Of a stretch of 64,000 nt of DNA, positions 56,942 to 64,000 are shown piece by piece; position 1 is the stretch's first letter; each line of letters begins with the position of its first letter. Under the pieces are notes generated by a model. That model saw nothing but the letters and a program-made list of their open reading frames with translations. It was not told the DNA's origin and made no database searches. Made by a program: the position numbers and the translations under genes. The DNA is from Oscillibacter sp. UBA6647 (lineage in GTDB: Bacteria; Bacillota; Clostridia; Oscillospirales; Oscillospiraceae), in the NCBI RefSeq assembly GCF_002455655.1, contig NZ_DKLF01000097.1; one strand, 5' to 3'.

Positions 56942-58668
56942 TCCATCGGTCCTCCGCCGCCTCCGCCGGGGCCGCCTCCGCTGGGACCTCCGCCTCCGCC
57001 GCCGTTGGGACCTTCGCCGTCCATTTCGCCGCCGCCCATCATCATATCCATTCCAGAGGAGCTGCTGGAAGCAGGCAAATAAGCCACGGTATCTCCTTCC
57101 TGAAGTCCAGATGTAATCTCAATGTAATTGTCGTTGCTGACGCCGGTTTCCACGGACACATAGACATAGTTGTCCGGCGCTTTGTCTTCCAGTGCATTGG
57201 CCGCACTGGGGGAATCGGCGGTAATCAGCACCTTATTCCCCCGCTCCAAAGCGGCGCTGGGGATGGAAAGCGCATTGTCATTTTCCGCAAGCACAATTTC
57301 CGCGTCCACGTTCATGCCCGGCCAAAGATCGCCGTAGTCGTCGATCCGAACGGTGACGGGATAGGTGGTGGCGCTGTTACTGGTGGTTCCCGCCATGGAA
57401 ATCTTCGTCACCTGTCCGGTAAAGGTTTCGCCCTCCACGGCATCCGCCGTAATCGTGACGTTTTGCCCCACCGTCACCTGGGTAATATCCAGTTCATCCA
57501 CACTGAGCGTCATTTCAAGATAGCTCAAATCGTAGATAATGCAGAGGGTATTGCCGGACTCCACCTTTTCACCGGCCTTGATTTGCTTATCCACAATGGT
57601 TCCGTCAATGGGGGAAGTAATCGTGTAATCCTCCAATTGCTTTTGAGAGGTTTCCATACTCAGCTCGGCACTTTTCAGAGTATCCTCCGCAGATTGAACG
57701 GAGTCGTTGGCCGCATTGGCGGCAAAGGTTACAATGGCCTGCCCGGCGGATACCGTTCCGCCCTCTTTTACATTGATGGCGGCCACGGTGCCGCCGGAGG
57801 AGGCAACCACGTCCTCCGCTGCCCGATACTCCAAGGTGGCGTTTTCACTGGAGCCGCTGCCGTTAATTGTGGCGGTGGCGGCCTGCGTGTCGGTCAGTCC
57901 ACCGGGATTTTTTACGGAGATTGTCACGCTGCGCACAATACGGTTTCCGGTAAGTACCGTGTCAGCCCCCGAAATCGCAGTAACTGTTCCGGTAAGCGTC
58001 TCAAAGGAGCCGTCCAGCACCACGGAAGCGCTTTGCCCCACGTAAAAGCTCTTCGCATCGTCCGATGCGAACTGCACCTTCAGCGTCATTGAGGAATTGT
58101 CCCGCACGGTGGCCACCGTCTGCCCGGCTTTTACCACATCGCCAGTTTTTACATCCAAAGACGCCACAGTTCCCGATACGGGAGACTGCGCATAGGCCGC
58201 CTTTTCGTAGCTGCGCTGGGCCTGATTCAGCGATAGCTGGGACTTTTCCAAATTGCTGCTGACGTCGGAGCTATCCAGCTCATAAAGAACGGTCTCCTTA
58301 GTGACCGTATCTCCCTCTTCAAAATCGGCCGATAAAATTTCGCCCTCCTTCAACGTGGTGACGGTATAGGCGTTGGCAGGCTGGAGCGTGCCGGTTCCGC
58401 TGAGCGCCTGTGTAATCGCGCGATAGGACACGTCCTCTTCCGTATAAGTAATTGCGGCGGCAGCCTTATTTTTGCTGAATCCCCGCAGCACCGCAGACAC
58501 CACCAATACCAGCACAACGGCCAGAATCAGCCACTTGCGCAGCTTCTTCCGGCCCCACAGACCCTTCAGTTTTCCAATCACTCCAAGCCCCCTTTTTTTC
58601 GCCGGACGTTCGTCCAGCCCCTGTACCTCTTCGGTCTTCTGCAATTCTTCTTTCATACGATTCCTCAT
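56938..58668 (-). CDS. Efflux periplasmic adaptor / membrane fusion protein (MacA/YknX-like)
   Basis: N-terminal TM; repeated lipoyl-like segments (SPVSGTV, SSGGTV, ITSPIDGTI); VDELDI..V.VGQ, PGMNV; Gly/Pro tail; alternative start at 58656. Confidence 0.88.
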   Translation of the reverse strand: MRNRMKEELQKTEEVQGLDERPAKKRGLGVIGKLKGLWGRKKLRKWLILAVVLVLVVSAVLRGFSKNKAAAAITYTEEDVSYRAITQALSGTGTLQPANAYTVTTLKEGEILSADFEEGDTVTKETVLYELDSSDVSSNLEKSQLSLNQAQRSYEKAAYAQSPVSGTVASLDVKTGDVVKAGQTVATVRDNSSMTLKVQFASDDAKSFYVGQSASVVLDGSFETLTGTVTAISGADTVLTGNRIVRSVTISVKNPGGLTDTQAATATINGSGSSENATLEYRAAEDVVASSGGTVAAINVKEGGTVSAGQAIVTFAANAANDSVQSAEDTLKSAELSMETSQKQLEDYTITSPIDGTIVDKQIKAGEKVESGNTLCIIYDLSYLEMTLSVDELDITQVTVGQNVTITADAVEGETFTGQVTKISMAGTTSNSATTYPVTVRIDDYGDLWPGMNVDAEIVLAENDNALSIPSAALERGNKVLITADSPSAANALEDKAPDNYVYVSVETGVSNDNYIEITSGLQEGDTVAYLPASSSSSGMDMMMGGGEMDGEGPNGGGGGGPSGGGPGGGGGGPME

Positions 58669-58928
58669 TTCCTTACATAAGCCTCGTATTTGGCCCTGCG
58701 CCGGGTTATGTGTTTATCAAACATTTTCCATGATTCACCTTGAACAAAGCTTGAAACCCGCACCGTATCAGGAATTCTTTTTTAACTGGCCAAACGCAAC
58801 TGTTTTTATTGTATTATAACAATAGTACAAAATTTCAAAAAGTCAAGTCTTTTGTGTGAATTTTACACCTTTTTAGTGGGATCAACATACAATGAATCCC
58901 CCTTCTCCAAAAATTTATTCCAGACAGC

Positions 58929-58967
58929 AAAAAAGAACGGCGGGGTGTTTACCCGCCGTTCCTTTTT
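58929..58967 (-). terminator. Terminator after jag
   Basis: GAACGGCGGG/CCCGCCGTTC stem flanked by A- and T-tracts. Confidence 0.8.
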
Positions 58968-58999
58968 CGTATTTAACTGATTGCTCTCAGATCATTCCT

Positions 59000-59842
59000 T
59001 CATCGCACGTAGGACACCACAACCCGCCGGTTGGGGTCGCTTCCAATGGATCCGGTGGCCACGTTGGGCTCGTCCTGCAAGGCGGCATGAATGATGTGGC
59101 GCTCGTAGGCGTTCATAGGCTCCAGCGTCACGCTGCGGCGATACTTAACGACCTTAGCCGCCACTTTGCGGGCCAGATGGTCCAGACTTTCCTCCCGCTT
59201 GGCGCGGTAGTTTTCCGCATCCACGGCCACCCGTACCCGGCCCGTTCCGGCGCGGTTTACACAATAGCCGGTGAGCTGCTGAATCGCATCCAGCGTTTCG
59301 CCCCGGCGGCCGATAATCTGCCCCATGCCGGAACCCTCCAGAATCACCTGATACCGGCCCTTTTCCGGCTGATACACGCGAATCTGAGACTCCACTTCCA
59401 TTTTTTCCAGAAGCCCGGAGAGGAACGTGCGGATGGCCTCCGCCTTTTCGTCCTGCACTTCTTCACCCAAGGGTTTGGACACATACTGGGTAGGTGCGGG
59501 CCGTTCTTCCTTCACGGCAGGCTCACGGGTCTTTTGCACAGGCTCTTCCGTGGGCTTCTCCACCCGAGGTACGGGTTTGACCGCAGGCTTCGCCGCGGGC
59601 TTGGCCGCGGGTCTGCTCTCCATCTTGGGCTTGGCGGGGACAATCTCCGGGGCGACGGGCTTTTCTTCTTCGTCGCCATAGGTCACGCGTACCTTTGCAG
59701 GAGCGCTGCCAATACCCAGAAATCCGGATTTGGCCCGTTCAAGAATTTCAACGGACACGTCGTCCCGCTCCATATTTAACTGTGAAAGTCCGCGGGCAAT
59801 GGCTTCCTCCTCCGTCTTGCCCGTTACGTCAATATAACTCAT
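59000..59842 (-). CDS. jag: RNA-binding protein Jag/EloR/KhpB
   Basis: Jag_N (GKTEEEAI...GFLGIG), KH (IIGRRGETLDAIQ), R3H (PMNAYERHIIH). Confidence 0.95.
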   Translation of the reverse strand: MSYIDVTGKTEEEAIARGLSQLNMERDDVSVEILERAKSGFLGIGSAPAKVRVTYGDEEEKPVAPEIVPAKPKMESRPAAKPAAKPAVKPVPRVEKPTEEPVQKTREPAVKEERPAPTQYVSKPLGEEVQDEKAEAIRTFLSGLLEKMEVESQIRVYQPEKGRYQVILEGSGMGQIIGRRGETLDAIQQLTGYCVNRAGTGRVRVAVDAENYRAKREESLDHLARKVAAKVVKYRRSVTLEPMNAYERHIIHAALQDEPNVATGSIGSDPNRRVVVSYVR

Positions 59843-59854
59843 GGCAAAAGCTCC

Positions 59855-61006
59855 TTATTTCTCGTTGGAATCGCCGTACCGATTCTCCTGATAGGCGCGG
59901 CCGCGGGCATAAGGACGGTCGCCCACGCGGCCGTTTTCATTGGTGCTGGCTTTCTTGGGCTTGTTGCCCTTGGCCTCCTGCGCGGCCTTGCGCTTATCCT
60001 TCAGTGAGGGCTTCAGGGCCTGCTGCTGGCGCAGCTCCTCCTGCTTGCCCCGGGCCTCCTCCTGACGGCGGTGACGGTCGGCCTCGATGGCCTCCTGCCG
60101 CTGATTCTCCTCTTCCTCGATCTTCTGGTTATAGAACTTGCCCATAAACCACTCCTGCACCGCGGAGAACGCGCTCTGGGCAATCCAGTACACGCACAAT
60201 GCGGCAGGCAGGGTAAAGCCGATCCACAGAGACATCAGAGGCATCATCCACAGCATCGTCTTCATCTGCCGGGCAGCGGGGCTGCTCTTGTCCTGTCCCG
60301 CCATAGACGCCATGCTCATCAAAAAGCTGAGTCCAGCGGAAATCACGGGCATCAGAATCACGCCGATGTTGGCCCAGGTAAAGGTAAACGCCTGAAGCAC
60401 ATTGCTGGGCAAAACCGACAGGTCCATTCCCAGGAAGCTGTAATTCACGCTTATCCAGCCAGGGACGCTGGCGGCAAATTCGGGAAGCTGGGTATTGATG
60501 GCGTTGACCATCATAATCTGCCCGAAGGAGGTGACCTGCAAGGCCCCTTCCTTGGTGGTGGTGGCAATGTCGGCAATATTTACGCCGGCAGACTGCAGTG
60601 CGGAAAGGGCCGAATCCACCACGCTTGCGTCCAGCATCATGAAATGGGTGATGGGCTGGCGGATAATCGCATACAGCGCGATGAGGAAGAACATGGGCAG
60701 CATGCTCCAAAGGCAGCCGCTCATGGGGCTGACACCCTGCTCGGCATACAGCTTCTGGGTTTCCTCCTGCTGTTTCGCGGGGTTATTGGCGTACTTCTTC
60801 TGAATTTCCTTCATCTTTCCGCTCATGCGGTTCATGCGGACCATGCTCTTTTTGCTCTTCATCTGGAACGGCAGCAGCACCAGCTTGATCACCAGCGTGA
60901 AGAAAATCAGGGACAGACCATAGGAGCCGGTCATATTGTAAAACAACCGCAAAAGGGCGGCAAACGGGATACAAACGTAATATCCCATGGTTCCTAAAAA
61001 TCCCAT
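59855..61006 (-). CDS. yidC: Membrane protein insertase YidC/Oxa1
   Basis: YGLSLIFFTLVIKLVLLP, KLY...GVSPMSGC, MPLM...PAALCVYW; conserved gene context. Confidence 0.93.
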   Translation of the reverse strand: MGFLGTMGYYVCIPFAALLRLFYNMTGSYGLSLIFFTLVIKLVLLPFQMKSKKSMVRMNRMSGKMKEIQKKYANNPAKQQEETQKLYAEQGVSPMSGCLWSMLPMFFLIALYAIIRQPITHFMMLDASVVDSALSALQSAGVNIADIATTTKEGALQVTSFGQIMMVNAINTQLPEFAASVPGWISVNYSFLGMDLSVLPSNVLQAFTFTWANIGVILMPVISAGLSFLMSMASMAGQDKSSPAARQMKTMLWMMPLMSLWIGFTLPAALCVYWIAQSAFSAVQEWFMGKFYNQKIEEEENQRQEAIEADRHRRQEEARGKQEELRQQQALKPSLKDKRKAAQEAKGNKPKKASTNENGRVGDRPYARGRAYQENRYGDSNEK

Positions 61007-61040
61007 TGGAAGACTCCTTTGTGTACAAATCTCACTACGC

Positions 61041-61250
61041 TCAGGGCACGGGGTCGTAGCCCCCCCTGTGGAATGGGTTGCAGCGGAGAATGCGGCGCAC
61101 AGCCAAATACCCGCCCTTCAGCGCGCCATATTTTTCAATGGCTTCCAGCGCATATTGGGAGCAGGTTGGATAAAACCGGCAACAGGGCCGGCGAAAGGGT
61201 GAGATTGCCCTTCGGTAAAATCTCACCAGCGCCAATAGTATTCGTTTCAC
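61041..61250 (-). CDS. yidD: Membrane protein insertion efficiency factor
   Basis: GTG start after [16 protein letters not shown]...[15 protein letters not shown]. Confidence 0.95.
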   Translation of the reverse strand: MKRILLALVRFYRRAISPFRRPCCRFYPTCSQYALEAIEKYGALKGGYLAVRRILRCNPFHRGGYDPVP

Positions 61251-61594
61251 CCAAGCGCCTCCTCCAAAAGCCCCAGCTTCCCCGAAAGCTTTAAAAAGCT
61301 GGCGTTCAGCTCTATCCATGGCATATTGACCGCCCGGTGACGCGCCACCAGAACCATGTCATAGCCCTGACGCATCAGGTGCTGGTTCAGCCGATAGGCC
61401 TCCCGCAGCCTGCGGCGCGCCCGGTTGCGCACCACCGCATTTCCAAGCTTGGTGGATACGGTAACGCCCAACCGGTTGTGCCCCAGCCGGTTTTTTCGGC
61501 AGTAAATCACAAGCCCGCTTCCGGCGGCGGATAAACCCTTGCCGTACAGGCGGCGAAACTCATGATTTTTTTTCAGCGTAACGGCTTTTTTCAT
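61247..61594 (-). CDS. rnpA: Ribonuclease P protein component
   Basis: [36 protein letters not shown]. Confidence 0.96.
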   Translation of the reverse strand: MKKAVTLKKNHEFRRLYGKGLSAAGSGLVIYCRKNRLGHNRLGVTVSTKLGNAVVRNRARRRLREAYRLNQHLMRQGYDMVLVARHRAVNMPWIELNASFLKLSGKLGLLEEALG

Positions 61595-61730
61595 GCATTC
61601 TCCTGTTCGTTTCCGATGACCGAGGATCTGCCGACCATGCCAATAAGGGACGGAGGAAAACCGGTTTCCTGCCGTCCCTGTCTATTTTGTTCAGCAGGTC
61701 CTCCGCGAGAAAAACCCCGCGCGCAGCAAC

Positions 61731-61871
61731 TTAGTAGCTGAGCTGAGCACGGCCCTTGGCGCGGCGGCGGGCAAGAACCTTGCGGCCGTTAGCGGTGGCC
61801 ATCCGCTTGCGGAAGCCGTGGACCTTTTGTCCGTGACGCTTCTTGGGCTGATAGGTACGTTTTGTCGCCAT
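61731..61871 (-). CDS. rpmH: 50S ribosomal protein L34
   Basis: MATKRTYQP...[32 protein letters not shown]. Confidence 0.97.
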   Translation of the reverse strand: MATKRTYQPKKRHGQKVHGFRKRMATANGRKVLARRRAKGRAQLSY

Positions 61872-61988
61872 GTTGAGACACCTCCTGTACTGAAATCTTT
61901 TCCGGCCGCCTTTATGACGGCTCTTACTCGACACGGCGCCTACGCCGCGCAGTAAACAAATAAAAAACGCAAATCCAGCGCACGGAAC

Positions 61989-62017
61989 AGTATACATGGA
62001 AATCAAAATACTGTCAA
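61989..62017 (-). promoter_or_regulatory. sigma-A promoter of the rpmH operon
   Basis: TTGACA-17 nt-TATACT. Confidence 0.8.
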
Positions 62018-62252
62018 TAAAAACTTGTAAACGCTGAAATTTTCAGGCAAATTGCCTTTTTTTGAGAACCTGACGGACAAAACCACAAGATGGCCGTTTT
62101 TTGCCGCCGCTTTTTCCAGATATTGTGCTTTTACGTTCTATTTTTTCAATTCTTATTTATTAGAATATGTGTTGTTTTTTTATGTGTTTTTTGGTATAAT
62201 CAGTGGGTATATGATTTCCCCTGTTCGCAGGGAAAGAGAGGTGTCTTTACTT

Positions 62253-63566
62253 TTGAATTCCGTAGCCGACGTCTGGACAAACGTCCTCACTCAGTTAAAA
62301 CGCGACCTCTCGGAGACGACCATTGCCACCTGGTTTGACGAACTGGAAGCCGTGGATCTCCGGGACGGCGTTTTTTATCTGTACTGTCCCAACGACTTCA
62401 AGAAAAATTACATTGAGAGCCTGTTCATAAAAAATATCAAGGCGGCCCTTCACGATATCTTTTCCACCGATTTTGAAGTAACGGTCCTCACCGCTGAGGA
62501 ATATGCCATTTTTTCAGGCAGCGCCCAGAAAAAGAAGTCGGAGGCATTTACCTCCGACGAATTTACCTTCGAGCGCTTTGTGGTGGGCTCCAGCAATAAA
62601 CTGGCACATGCCGCCTGCATCTCCGTGGCGGAGCATCCGGCAAAAAACTATAACCCACTGCTTATTTACGGGGATTCCGGCCTTGGAAAGACCCACCTGA
62701 TCTACTCCATTGCACATGTCATCAAAAAAGACGACCCCAACGCAAAAATTGCCTATGTAAAAGGCGATGATTTGACCAACGAACTGGTGGAAGCCATTCA
62801 GGGCGGTAAAACCGCCGAAATGCGGGAGAAATATCGCAAGGCGGACCTGTTTCTGGTGGATGACGTTCAGTTTATCGCCGGGCGCAAGCAGACGCAGGAG
62901 GAATTTTTCCACACCTTCAACAATCTTTACGAGTCCGGAAAGCAAATTGTGCTCACCTCAGACCGTCCCCCCTCGGAAATGATGCAGTTGGAAGACCGGC
63001 TGCGCACCCGGTTTGAATGGGGACTTCTGGTGGACGTGGCTCCGCCGGACTATGAAACCCGCATGGCCATCATCAAAAACAAGGCCGCTTTGCTTGGCAT
63101 GGAAATTCCAAACAAGGTCGCCGCCTACATCGCCGAACGCGTCACTTCCAACGTCCGGCAGCTTGAAGGCACCATCAACAAACTTCTCGCCTATAAGGAC
63201 CTGTTGGGGGACGACGTAGACGAGGATCTGGTGAAACGGGCCATTCAGGATATTCTCCGCCGGGGAGAGAACCTTCCCACCTCGGATTCCATCGTGGATT
63301 TTGTCTCCAAGTATTACGGCGTGTCCGCCGAAGTCATTCGGGGACAGCAACGGGTGCGGGAGGCGGTGGCCGCCCGTCAGGTCGCCATGTACCTGATTCG
63401 CAGCATGACGAACCTTTCCAGCGACGATATCGGCAAGTTTTTCGGAAACCGTGACCACTCCACCGTGCTCTACTCTATTGAGAAGGTGGAGCGGCAGATG
63501 AAATCCGACGCAGGCTTTGCTGAGGCAGTGAAAGAAATCAAAACCAACATCAGCTCGAAGCACTGA
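62253..63566 (+). CDS. dnaA: Chromosomal replication initiator DnaA
   Basis: TTG start inferred after GAGGTG; FTFERFVVG, YNPLLIYGDSGLGKTHL, DDVQF, QEEFFHTFN, RLRTRFEWG, NVRQLEG, RDHSTV. Confidence 0.98.
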   Translation: MNSVADVWTNVLTQLKRDLSETTIATWFDELEAVDLRDGVFYLYCPNDFKKNYIESLFIKNIKAALHDIFSTDFEVTVLTAEEYAIFSGSAQKKKSEAFTSDEFTFERFVVGSSNKLAHAACISVAEHPAKNYNPLLIYGDSGLGKTHLIYSIAHVIKKDDPNAKIAYVKGDDLTNELVEAIQGGKTAEMREKYRKADLFLVDDVQFIAGRKQTQEEFFHTFNNLYESGKQIVLTSDRPPSEMMQLEDRLRTRFEWGLLVDVAPPDYETRMAIIKNKAALLGMEIPNKVAAYIAERVTSNVRQLEGTINKLLAYKDLLGDDVDEDLVKRAIQDILRRGENLPTSDSIVDFVSKYYGVSAEVIRGQQRVREAVAARQVAMYLIRSMTNLSSDDIGKFFGNRDHSTVLYSIEKVERQMKSDAGFAEAVKEIKTNISSKH

Positions 63567-63850
63567 GTTTTCCCCACTCCTCCTGTGGAAAAGGAAAACA
63601 GTTTTGTGGAAAACCAGGGTCTGTATACCCATTGTGGAAAAACACCCCACTTTTTCCAGCTTGTCTGCTTAAAAACTTTTCCTGTGCTGACAGGGATTTC
63701 CGCACTTTTCCACCGTTTTTGTCCCTCTACTATGACTATCACTAAAAAATATATCTTTCTTTTCTAAAAGAACACAAAAACCGCAAACCTTCTCTTTGTC
63801 CCCGGCTTTCACCAAAAAAAGAAAAGCTTCCACAGAAAGGAAAAAAGCCT
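63567..63850. other. Replication origin oriC (dnaA-dnaN intergenic)
   Basis: TGTGGAAAA boxes at 63584, 63605 and 63633; TTTTCCACC at 63706; DnaA-trio tract CTACTATGACTATCACTA at 63727-63744 followed by an AT-rich stretch. Confidence 0.85.
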
Positions 63851-64000
63851 ATGAAATTCTCTTGTGAAAAAGCCTTGCTGCAAAGCGCGGTGGCCGTGAC
63901 CTCCCGCGCTGTATCGCAGAAAAGCTCCATTCCCGCGCTAGAGGGCCTTTTGCTTCGCGCCGGTGAAACGGTCACCGTTTCCGGCTACAACATGCAGACA
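63851..64000 (+). CDS. dnaN: DNA polymerase III beta clamp (5' part only)
   Basis: MKFSCEKALLQSAVAVTSRAVSQKSSIPALEGLL...; directly downstream of dnaA. Confidence 0.93.
   Translation, partial: MKFSCEKALLQSAVAVTSRAVSQKSSIPALEGLLLRAGETVTVSGYNMQT

Noticed and set aside
62052..62252. N-terminal extension of DnaA in the ORF track (likewise for hisS, glyQS, aspS, rpmH and PBP2)
   Set aside because: The extensions run through promoter or leader DNA; RBS position and family N-termini support the later starts

Overview
Chromosomal window ending at the replication origin of a fairly GC-rich, probably spore-forming clostridial bacterium (gene content suggests Oscillospiraceae/Ruminococcaceae; inference). 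The right end is the canonical jag-yidC-yidD-rnpA-rpmH / dnaA-oriC-dnaN region, with TTTTCCACA-type DnaA boxes and DnaA-trios. Most of the window is housekeeping: rpsO, pnp, mnmE, prmA, noc, dnaD/dnaC-like, zapA, dut, maf, mreCD, PBP2, two perfect parS sites, parAB, serS, mscL, rsmG, minD, an mgsA-like gene, hisS, aspS and glyQS with a Gly T-box. Accessory parts are (i) a 2-hydroxyacyl-CoA dehydratase/activator/CoA-transferase operon and a divergent Zn dehydrogenase, each with a sigma-54 promoter motif; (ii) a putative spore-germination locus with a small protein behind a sigmaE-like promoter and four tandem Csp-type subtilases (one CspB-like, three equal-length CspA/C-like, all with intact triads), directly after a bile acid:Na+ symporter-family gene; and (iii) a MacAB/YknXYZ-type ABC exporter with an SLH protein. 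Other signals are a ~45 kb block oriented head-on to the fork (possible inversion), an unassigned ~110 nt structured RNA candidate after dnaC, a probable pseudo-MgsA, and a degenerate T-box before hisS. No CRISPR array, tRNA, rRNA, transposase or phage genes were recognised. All calls are by eye from motifs; no searches were run.
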